Of a stretch of 32,093 nt of DNA, positions 6,991-13,826 are shown one piece after another. Both the position numbers and the translations under genes were made by a program. Source of the DNA: a virus; the IMG/VR virus record IMGVR_UViG_3300045988_175223; one strand, written 5' to 3'. Within the stretch, counting starts at the first letter, position 1; each line of letters begins with the position of its first letter. Below the pieces are notes generated by a model. The model made no database searches. It had not been told where the DNA came from and was given only the letters and a program-made list of their open reading frames with translations.

Positions 6991-8847
6991 ATGGAACAAA
7001 GTGTTAATTCGCGCGACCTGATAAACAGCTGGGGTCGTTCCGATTTCCTTGAAAGCACTGCGCCGTATGAATATTTATACAGTTTTATCAACGACAAATT
7101 CGCACTGACGCAGACTAAGGAACGGCTCCGGGCGCGGGCGCGTGAAATAGGCGTGACCAGTTTTGTGAAGATGTGGAATGAGTATCTTCGCGCTGTTCAG
7201 CCCGCCGCAATGCAGCCGGAACGGAACATGACCCAATTCACAGGACAGCCGGTTGAGCTGGACTGCGGCAATTATTCCTGCACCGATGACGGCGTTTCGC
7301 TCATAGACAGAAACGGCTTTACGGTTCAGGTATGCTCCCACCCGCTCACACTGGAAAAACGCTTCGTGAATGTGGAGACCGGCGAAGTGCGGTTCTCCCT
7401 GGCGTTTTGCAGAGGCTCAATTTGGCGTTCTTTGGTGGTGGAAAGAGAAATACTCATGTCCCGACAGAAAATCGTTTCTTTGGCACGATACGGGCTCGGA
7501 GTGACCAGCGAAAACTCAAACCTTATAGTGCCCTATCTTTCCGACCTTGAAGCGCTGAATTTTGAACGCATTCCGCAACAGAACAGCACAGGACGGCTCG
7601 GCTGGATTCCCAAAATCGGATTTTCGCCGTATAGTGACAACCTTGTTTTTGACGGGAACGCCAATTTCAGGAATGCCTTTGAGTGCGTTCGGCAGGAGGG
7701 AGACTTTAAGATATGGCTGAACTGCGCTAAAAAGGCGTGGAACTATAAGAAAACCAATGCACTGCTGCTGGCAGCTTCGTTTTCGTCCGTAATGGTCAAT
7801 ATTTGCCACTCGCTCCCGTTTATCGTGCATATCTGGGGCGGCACCGGCGCGGGAAAATCCGTCCTTCTTATGCTGTGCGCTTCGGTGTGGGCATATCCGG
7901 GCATGGGCGACTATGTGGTGTCTTTCAATTCGACTAAGGTTGCCCGTGAAATGCTGGCCGGTTTCTGCAATTCACTGCCGCTGATTATGGATGAGTTCCA
8001 AGTGGAAAGCGCAGACAGCCGGGCAAGCTTTGACCGCGATGTTTACATGCTGACAGAGGGTGTCGGGCGCGGACGAGGCGCAAAATCAGGCGGCATTCAA
8101 GCAAATCAGACATGGAAAAACTGCATTATAACCAACGGAGAGGCCCCGATTTCTAACGGACGATCTGCCGGTGGTGCCGTGAACCGAATAATCGAGATTC
8201 CATGCGGTGATGAGGCGCTTTTTACCGACTTCAAGGAGACGGTGGCGATTATATCGGCAAACTTCGGCCACGCAGGGCGCAGATTGGTTGAGGTTTTGAC
8301 CGAAGAAGACAGTGAAGATATGGTTAGGGCACTGCATGAGGACTATTCGCGGCAGCTGAGGTTGCGCGGGATTACATCGAAACAGGCTGATGCAGCAGGC
8401 ATTATTTTGACTGCCGGACAGATCGTTGCGGATACCCTGTTCGCGCCCGGAGAGGTTGAGCCGATCACCGTTGACGATATTTTCCCGTACCTGACCGGCG
8501 CGGACGAAATAGACCAGAACGAGCGGTGCTATGACTGGCTGAACGACTGGATCGCAGCTAATCCGGCACGGTTCAGACCGTCCGAATTCAGCAACGGTGA
8601 AGTGTGGGGCATGACGGACGAAGCGGGTTATACCTACATAAACCGCTCAATTTTGGAAAAAGTTCTCACGGAAAACGGCTTTAATCTGGATTCGTTCGCG
8701 GCATGGGCTGTAAGACATGGGCTGATAAAAACACAAACATCTCGCCCAAAATATCCATATATTACAAAAAGATTGAACGGCACGCAGCAGCTTATGCGCT
8801 GTTTGGCACTCAATTGTAGCGAGAGTGCCCGAATCTTTAACAAGTGA
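6991..8847 (+). CDS. DUF927-type replicative NTPase/helicase (P4-alpha/SaPI Rep-like), 618 aa
   Basis: Walker A GGTGAGKS and Walker B LIMDEF; domain order N-terminal region plus P-loop NTPase, following a CHC2 primase-like gene. Confidence 0.7.
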   Translation: MEQSVNSRDLINSWGRSDFLESTAPYEYLYSFINDKFALTQTKERLRARAREIGVTSFVKMWNEYLRAVQPAAMQPERNMTQFTGQPVELDCGNYSCTDDGVSLIDRNGFTVQVCSHPLTLEKRFVNVETGEVRFSLAFCRGSIWRSLVVEREILMSRQKIVSLARYGLGVTSENSNLIVPYLSDLEALNFERIPQQNSTGRLGWIPKIGFSPYSDNLVFDGNANFRNAFECVRQEGDFKIWLNCAKKAWNYKKTNALLLAASFSSVMVNICHSLPFIVHIWGGTGAGKSVLLMLCASVWAYPGMGDYVVSFNSTKVAREMLAGFCNSLPLIMDEFQVESADSRASFDRDVYMLTEGVGRGRGAKSGGIQANQTWKNCIITNGEAPISNGRSAGGAVNRIIEIPCGDEALFTDFKETVAIISANFGHAGRRLVEVLTEEDSEDMVRALHEDYSRQLRLRGITSKQADAAGIILTAGQIVADTLFAPGEVEPITVDDIFPYLTGADEIDQNERCYDWLNDWIAANPARFRPSEFSNGEVWGMTDEAGYTYINRSILEKVLTENGFNLDSFAAWAVRHGLIKTQTSRPKYPYITKRLNGTQQLMRCLALNCSESARIFNK

Positions 8848-8989
8848 TAAAAACGGTGAAAACGCCCTATTCAATGCGGTTTTGGGGATTTTACATGCAG
8901 AATCAATGTTCCCAGTTTCCATTGTTTTCGCGAAAAAATATACCCTATATAGGAAATAAAAAATTGCAAGGGGATTTATATATAAGGGT

Positions 8990-9120
8990 ATTATTTTAAT
9001 GGTTACATTGGTAACATAATAAGAGATATATCCAAAACCGCCTTGTGGTGGGCATTTTCGAGGTTTCCACTTTTCGAGGGCGATTGAAACAATAGGTTAC
9101 ATGTGGTTACATTACATATT
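8990..9120. promoter_or_regulatory. Non-coding region with GGTTACAT motifs (9001-9008, 9095-9102, 9105-9112 direct; 9010-9017 inverted) and AT-rich flanks. Candidate operator, iteron or origin and promoter for the packaging operon.
   Basis: Repeats read directly; located between the helicase stop and the terS-like start. Confidence 0.4.
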
Positions 9121-9156
9121 TTACCAATTCAAGACGGCTAAAAGGAGGCTGAACAT

Positions 9157-10047
9157 ATGGCAATAGACAAAACAGAACAGGGCAGACAGGCTGAACCGAA
9201 CAGGCAGACCGAACAGGTTAAACAGGGCGGCAAGGCGAAAATAGAACAGACGGGGCAGAAAAAGAAAGCTGCACCGGCTACGAAGAAGAAGAAGCGGACA
9301 GGGCAGAGTGCGCCCAAGTTTGATACGGACGGCACACCGCTGCTGAACAAGGACGGCACACCGAACAGGCGGGGCAAGCGCGAAGAAACATGCAAGACAC
9401 AAAAGGTGGAGGTAGTTGAGGCGGAAGAGATCACCCCGCAGACCATATCCGAAGCGCGATTGCAAGCCGCAATTGACAGGACGGTCAAGCGCATCGAGGG
9501 CAAGCACCGCAAAAACGCAAAGACAAACTGCTGCGTGGAGGACAAGGTTGATGCCTCCCGAGATGAAATACGCCGGATTATCCTGAACAGTCTGCACTGG
9601 TGGCGAATGGAAACCCCCACCTCTGACGAACAGGTTGCTGAACGGCTGAACGAATTTTTTGCACACTGTACCGAAACAGGAGAATTGCCCACGATGGAGA
9701 AGCTTTATTTGGCTCTGGGCGTGGACACTTCAACCGGCTCGCAGTGGTTGCATGGGCAGGGATGTAGCCCTGAGCGCACCGCTTTGGTACAAAAGGCACG
9801 CCAAGTTATGGCCGCTTTGGACGCTGAATTTGTATCTACCGGGAAGATTCCGCAGGTAACTTATATTTTCCGTTCGAAGAACTATTACGGCATGTCGAAC
9901 AAGCAGGAGACGGTTATTACGGTGGCGAACCCGCTCGGTGCTGAATTGAGCGAAGCCGACCTTGCGGCTCGGATAGCTGCTGATGTTGTGGACGCTCCCG
10001 CACTGCCCGGAATCGATGAGGCGTTGGCAGAAAATAACAGCGACTAA
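9157..10047 (+). CDS. Putative terminase small subunit-like DNA-binding protein with a K/Q-rich N-terminus and a central HTH ending in W, 296 aa
   Basis: ELPTMEKLYLALGVDTSTGSQW resembles the TerS/Nu1-type HTH; AAAGGAGG RBS; first gene of the packaging region; followed by a repeat array. Confidence 0.35.
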   Translation: MAIDKTEQGRQAEPNRQTEQVKQGGKAKIEQTGQKKKAAPATKKKKRTGQSAPKFDTDGTPLLNKDGTPNRRGKREETCKTQKVEVVEAEEITPQTISEARLQAAIDRTVKRIEGKHRKNAKTNCCVEDKVDASRDEIRRIILNSLHWWRMETPTSDEQVAERLNEFFAHCTETGELPTMEKLYLALGVDTSTGSQWLHGQGCSPERTALVQKARQVMAALDAEFVSTGKIPQVTYIFRSKNYYGMSNKQETVITVANPLGAELSEADLAARIAADVVDAPALPGIDEALAENNSD

Positions 10048-10228
10048 CGACTATCAAGCGACTATCCCGAACGACTATTTCGGGGCTGCCAGCGACTATT
10101 GAGCGACTATTAAGCGACTATCGGGCAAAAATCAAGCGACTGTTAGCGACTATTAAGCGACTATCAGCCGCTTTTTTCTCCGAGCGACTATCGCAAGCGA
10201 CTATCGCAAGCGACTACCGAGCGACTAT
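10040..10228. repeat. Array of about 14 direct copies of (A)GCGACTAT with 2-20 nt spacers, starting inside the last codons of the terS-like gene. Candidate pac site or TerS-binding site, or iterons.
   Basis: Read directly: ...cgactaacgactatcaagcgactatcccgaacgactatt...gagcgactatcgcaagcgactatcgcaagcgactaccgagcgactatcgc. Confidence 0.85.
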
Positions 10229-10549
10229 CGCGGACGGTTCGGGCAAGGCAGGCAGGGCGGGACGGCAGCACCCCCCGAACCCGAACGGGGGCGCAGCCGG
10301 GCAAGGGTGCCGCCTCAACCCGACGCCGCCTGGAATCGAGGCGGAAAACACACCAAAACCGCCGCGCACAGAGAACGCAAGCCCACAAAATCAACATAAA
10401 GGGTAAAATAAAGCCTGCCGCAGCCTTTTTATGCCGTGAGCGGGTAAATGTTCGGGTGCAAAATAAAAACGCCGCAGAACGGCTAAAAAAGCCTTTTGCG
10501 GCGGCGGGCAAAAATAAAAGGTGCAGGCCGTCACCGGCTGCACCGTGCA

Positions 10550-10585
10550 GAACGAAAAAGAAAGGACGCAGCCCGAAGGCCGCGC
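10550..10585 (-). terminator. Intrinsic terminator for the tiny-peptide unit (minus-strand RNA GCGGCC-UUCG-GGCUGC then GUCCUUUCUUUUUCG)
   Basis: 6-bp stem including one G-U pair, UUCG tetraloop and U-rich tail, read on the reverse complement. Confidence 0.5.
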
Positions 10586-10589
10586 CCCT

Positions 10590-10664
10590 CTACCATTTAA
10601 GGCATTTCAAAATTATCATAATAGGCGTAATCGCGATCAGGAATATTATCCATAACAGCATCAT
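10590..10664 (-). CDS. 24-aa hydrophobic peptide MMLLWIIFLIAITPIMIILKCLKW (type-I-toxin-like or small membrane peptide)
   Basis: ATG 10 nt after AAGGAG; lies directly downstream of a perfect consensus promoter and upstream of a terminator. Confidence 0.35.
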   Translation of the reverse strand: MMLLWIIFLIAITPIMIILKCLKW

Positions 10665-10671
10665 AAAAAAA

Positions 10672-11003
10672 TCACTCCTTTGCGTTATTATACTTGCCCG
10701 CGGCGGCTTTGTCAATAGGCGCTTTCTGTGCAAGGATAAAGGCGGCCAAAGTTTCCGCAGCTCGCAGCATTTCCGGGCATTTTACCCGATCGGCAATTTT
10801 TTGCAAAAATTCCGGCGTTAAGCTCCGCACGGCTTCGGCGCGGGTGCCGTAATAGTCGCCGCTTACGGCGTGCGGCGGTCGAAACGCAGGGAGACGGGCG
10901 AACCGTCCGGAGCTTCGAAAAGTTCGCCCCAGCCGGTTTTTTGCTGATATTCGATGCGCCGTTTTGCGGTCAGTGTTGCAATGTAAAAATTTGTCTTGAA
11001 CAT
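10672..11003 (-). pseudogene. Minus-strand gene split by a frameshift. The start MFKTNFYIATLTAKRR...RFDRRTP stops at TAA 10863-10865; the -1 frame continues protein-like (VSGDYYGTRAEAVRSLTPEFLQKIADRVKCPEMLRAAETLAAFILAQKAPIDKAAAGKYNNAKE) to TGA 10672-10674.
   Basis: AAGGAGG RBS 7 nt before ATG 11003; both frames verified base by base. The combined product would be about 108 aa. Confidence 0.4.
10687..10715 (-). promoter_or_regulatory. Consensus sigma-70-type promoter on the minus strand: TTGACA-17-TATAAT
   Basis: Reverse complement of 10687-10715 = TTGACAaagccgccgcgggcaagTATAAT. Confidence 0.55.
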
Positions 11004-11015
11004 GGTTAAACCTCC

Positions 11016-11240
11016 TTAAAATACCCTGAAAAGATTGGTGCAGCGGCCTATTATCACGTATAATTGCCCGGTTTCGTCGTCTCGCAATAGTCCGCCATTT
11101 ATGCCGTATATGCCGGCGCTATACCCTATTTTAGCCAGCCTGCGCAGCGTGTCCATATATTCGCCGGGCTTGTTGGTGTAGTCCTCGGCCACACCGAGCC
11201 GGACAAGCTGCCGCAATTGTGCTTGCGTGTACTTTTTCAT
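11016..11240 (-). CDS. Hypothetical protein, 74 aa
   Basis: AAGGAGG RBS; ATGA overlap with the upstream gene; protein-like. Confidence 0.5.
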   Translation of the reverse strand: MKKYTQAQLRQLVRLGVAEDYTNKPGEYMDTLRRLAKIGYSAGIYGINGGLLRDDETGQLYVIIGRCTNLFRVF

Positions 11241-11830
11241 GCTTCCGCCTCCTTTGTGGCCGCGACAAACGCCCGGAAAACCCGCTCCCCGGCCTGATAC
11301 AGTGCCCGCGCTTGCACATCAAGCCACAGTTCTCGGATGTTCGGTCTGCGCTCACCGTTGCGGGTGCGTTTGAGCTCGGACGGGCAGCAAAGGCGCTCCG
11401 CTATATCGCCGTCATAGATAAGCGCCGATCCGCCCCAGCTGTATTCCTCCCAGTTTGCCGCACCGTTTAGCATCTTTTCGCGTAGTGCGCGGGGCTTCAG
11501 CAGCTCGGCAGCGTCCGCGGAAAGGTATCCACCCTCCGCAAGTTCTTTCAGGCCGTCCAGCAGTTCCAGGGCGTAAGCTGTAACGCCTTTATCCCATGCG
11601 CTGCGGTCTTTGCGGGCTTCGATAAGCTCGGCGGCCTTCTGCAATGCCGCGCAGGTGGTGCTTTCCGGTTCGGGATCAGCAACAACCGGCACGAAACGGT
11701 TTCCATATACCACTTCATCGCCGGGCTTTATTTCCGTATTGCTTACGGTTTTGCAGCCGCGCGGGCTGTTGTCCTTTTTGCTCCAAGTGCTGCAAGTCAT
11801 GATTTCGCTCATTGTGATAGATTCTTTCAT
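11237..11830 (-). CDS. Hypothetical protein, 198 aa, no histidines; start at MKESITMSEIM
   Basis: AAGGAGA RBS 5 nt upstream of ATG (reverse complement of 11828-11830); the track start at 11878 lacks an RBS. Confidence 0.5.
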   Translation of the reverse strand: MKESITMSEIMTCSTWSKKDNSPRGCKTVSNTEIKPGDEVVYGNRFVPVVADPEPESTTCAALQKAAELIEARKDRSAWDKGVTAYALELLDGLKELAEGGYLSADAAELLKPRALREKMLNGAANWEEYSWGGSALIYDGDIAERLCCPSELKRTRNGERRPNIRELWLDVQARALYQAGERVFRAFVAATKEAEA

Positions 11831-11920
11831 TTTCTCAAATTCTCCTTGATTTTCTCCGGCTGTTAGGCTATAATACAAGGGCTGCCGGGCGTCCTTGTGC
11901 TTGGTTGGTGTTTTGGTGAT

Positions 11921-11955
11921 GCCCTGCCCGGTTGACGCGGTGCAGGGCGTTTTTT
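11921..11955 (+). terminator. Rho-independent terminator oriented on the + strand: GCCCTGC(CCG)...(CGG)TGCAGGGC then GTTTTTTA
   Basis: 7-bp stem extended by 3 bp, followed by T6. The stop codon of the minus-strand gene 11954-12214 abuts it. Confidence 0.55.
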
Positions 11956-12214
11956 ATGCCGTTTCGGCGGCGCAGCGCTGCATCCAGTCCAGCTCCTGCG
12001 CTATCGCGTCCGCTATTTCCTGCATAGTCATGTGGCGGCTTGTGTTTTTGATCGTGGTAATATCGCGGTCGTTGTATTCCGTCCAGCTATTCCCGCCAAG
12101 GCTGCAATGATAATCTGTCAATACCTCACCGGTGCGCGTATTATAGCTGATCTGGATATAACAGCCTCTTCCATAGTTTCTCGTGTCCCCCGATGCGCTT
12201 TTCAGTCCGCGCAT
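11954..12214 (-). CDS. Hypothetical protein, 86 aa as written. A better start, ATG 12245 with GTGAGGA RBS, is in the +1 frame and separated by an A7 run at 12236-12242.
   Basis: Removing one A of the A7 run joins MKKVNKHGLK to MRGLKSASGD... in frame. Protein-like sequence with CYIQISYNTRTGEVLTDYHCSLGG. Confidence 0.5.
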   Translation of the reverse strand: MRGLKSASGDTRNYGRGCYIQISYNTRTGEVLTDYHCSLGGNSWTEYNDRDITTIKNTSRHMTMQEIADAIAQELDWMQRCAAETA

Positions 12215-12528
12215 CTTTAATCCGTGCTTGTTTACTTTTTTTCATATTGTCCTCACTTTCTCCCCGGTGCTGCCGGGGCGCTTTATTATTTACGATTACA
12301 TTATAATTGATTTATCGTAATTGTCAAGGGGAAAATCAAGATTTATCGTAATTTTTTTATATTTTTATGTTTCGGGGGCAATTGTGCGGGATTATAGGGC
12401 GCTGCCCAGCCACCCGGTGACGGCCTGCGCCGCGCCCCCTGTGGGGGATAGCCGGAAGCCCTGCGGGGCGGAGTAATCCCCCCACCCACCGAAAAAAATA
12501 AAAAAAACAAAAAAATACGAAAAACAAC

Positions 12529-12557
12529 TTGACAGATTAACCGTAATTTGATACAAT
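12529..12557 (+). promoter_or_regulatory. Near-consensus promoter TTGACA-17-TACAAT driving the serine recombinase gene
   Basis: ttgaca (12529-12534), 17-nt spacer, tacaat (12552-12557); AAAGGAGGAG RBS at 12571-12580. Confidence 0.55.
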
Positions 12558-12588
12558 CAGTGCGTGAAGTAAAGGAGGAGAGCAAACA

Positions 12589-13350
12589 ATGAAAAATGTA
12601 ATTGCTTATATCCGTGTCAGCACCGATGGTCAGGTGGGAGAAGATAAATACGGCTTGGAAGTGCAGAAGCGGCAAATTGAAGAGTATTGCCGTAAAAATG
12701 AGATGAACATCATAGAATGGTACGCAGACGAAGGAGAAAGCGGCGCGAAACAGCGCCCGGGATTCGATAAAATCGTCTATGGCGATATCAAGAATCCTCC
12801 TGTCGAAGCGGTCGTTGTAGCGAAAACAGATCGTGTCGCAAGGGACATTGAAGTGTATTTCTTCTACAAAATGCTTTTGCGCAAAAAGGAAATAGAACTC
12901 ATCTCCATAACGGAAGATTTCGGTCAATTCGGAGTTTTCTCAAATGTATTGGAAGCCTTTACAATACTGGTTGCGAAGATGGAACGAGAGAATATTAACA
13001 AAAGAACGAGCGCGGGCAGAGCCGTAAAATCGGCTAAAGGTCAGTACAGCGGAGGTCGCACCCCGTTTGGTTATAAAGCGGAAAATCATCAGCTGGTGAT
13101 TGTTCCGAATGAGGCTGATATTGTAAAAACGATATTCAGAATGAAGGACGGCGAGGGCATGACCTATCAGGCAATTGTAGAGTTCCTGAACAGTCAGGGC
13201 AAAAAAAACCGCAGCGGAAATGCATTTTCGATAAGTACCGTTCAGACGATTTACGAAAACAAGAAAACCTATGAGGGTTGGTACAAGTACAGTGGGTCTG
13301 AATGGGTCAAAGGCGCACACGAAGCTATCTTGACGGAGTGTCCCGCATGA
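12589..13350 (+). CDS. Serine recombinase (resolvase catalytic domain plus part of the large-serine-recombinase 'recombinase' domain), 253 aa. It appears truncated before the zinc-ribbon and coiled-coil domains.
   Basis: AYIRVSTDGQ catalytic-serine motif at residues 6-15; GGRTPFGYK recombinase-domain motif; ends at ...HEAILTECPA where large serine recombinases continue. Confidence 0.7.
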   Translation: MKNVIAYIRVSTDGQVGEDKYGLEVQKRQIEEYCRKNEMNIIEWYADEGESGAKQRPGFDKIVYGDIKNPPVEAVVVAKTDRVARDIEVYFFYKMLLRKKEIELISITEDFGQFGVFSNVLEAFTILVAKMERENINKRTSAGRAVKSAKGQYSGGRTPFGYKAENHQLVIVPNEADIVKTIFRMKDGEGMTYQAIVEFLNSQGKKNRSGNAFSISTVQTIYENKKTYEGWYKYSGSEWVKGAHEAILTECPA

Positions 13351-13718
13351 CCCTCCGCTCCTACACGCCGTCAGACGCAGCGCAGCTCGGAGCCTTTGAA
13401 TACTGGACAAACGCGCTGAGCCACTGCGGCACAGCCCTGACAGCACCGAACACGATATTCCTGCTGTGCCTGAACGGAACCGAACCGATCGGGATTATCT
13501 GCGGCGAGAACACGGCACTGTACGGAAATATCCTGTACGCAGCCGAAGTGCTCAAGCCGTATCGGAACCGTGGTGTAATGCGGAAAATGTTCAGCGCATA
13601 CCTGAACCGAGCTGCCGGGAGCGTAACCGTGTTTCACAACGCTGAACTTGACGGCATGTACCGTTCTCTCGGCTTTGAAGTGGGCGAAAACACACATGTC
13701 AGCCTGTATGTGAAGTGA
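13347..13718 (+). CDS. GNAT-family N-acetyltransferase, 123 aa
   Basis: Acetyl-CoA motif A RNRGVMRKMF (R-x-x-G-x-G/A); start overlaps the recombinase stop (ATGA). Confidence 0.6.
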   Translation: MTLRSYTPSDAAQLGAFEYWTNALSHCGTALTAPNTIFLLCLNGTEPIGIICGENTALYGNILYAAEVLKPYRNRGVMRKMFSAYLNRAAGSVTVFHNAELDGMYRSLGFEVGENTHVSLYVK

Positions 13719-13770
13719 GTGACCGCCCTGAAAGTCAATTTTATACAACATAGCAAATAAATAACATTTC

Positions 13771-13797
13771 GTGCCAAGTGCCATAGTGCCAAGTGCC
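13771..13797 (+). promoter_or_regulatory. Two direct copies of GTGCCAAGTGCC (13771-13782 and 13786-13797) 30 nt upstream of terL; candidate late-gene control element
   Basis: The same motif pair recurs at 15710-15735 upstream of the portal gene and nowhere else in the window. Confidence 0.45.
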
Positions 13798-13826
13798 TCT
13801 TTATCAAACGATAAGGGGGCATTTTT

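Noticed and set aside
8848-9156. Rho-independent terminator directly after the helicase gene
   Set aside because: No clean stem-loop plus T-tract is present. AACGCCCTATTCAATGCGGTTTTGGGG does not form a perfect stem. The region is better described by its GGTTACAT repeats.
9121-9692. Two overlapping minus-strand ORFs (181 and 184 aa) opposite the terS-like gene
   Set aside because: Antisense of the K/Q-rich coding region. Cys/Leu/Phe-rich low-complexity products; no RBS; they overlap each other.
10456-10821. 121-aa + strand ORF spanning the hairpin field and the minus-strand promoter
   Set aside because: Basic low-complexity product, no RBS, and it crosses a minus-strand promoter, peptide and terminator unit that is much better supported.
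11016-11240. GIY-YIG-like pattern (GIYGINGG...YVIIGRCTNL) at the C-terminus of the 74-aa minus-strand protein, followed in the same frame after one TAA by the 10672-11003 gene
   Set aside because: The GIY-to-YIG spacing (16 residues) is longer than usual. The protein ends before the catalytic Arg/Glu region. The downstream ORF has its own strong RBS. This is suggestive of a split homing-endonuclease remnant but too weak to call.
12343-12927. 194-aa minus-strand ORF spanning the recombinase promoter and gene start
   Set aside because: Runs antisense through a consensus promoter, RBS and the recombinase N-terminus; no RBS of its own.
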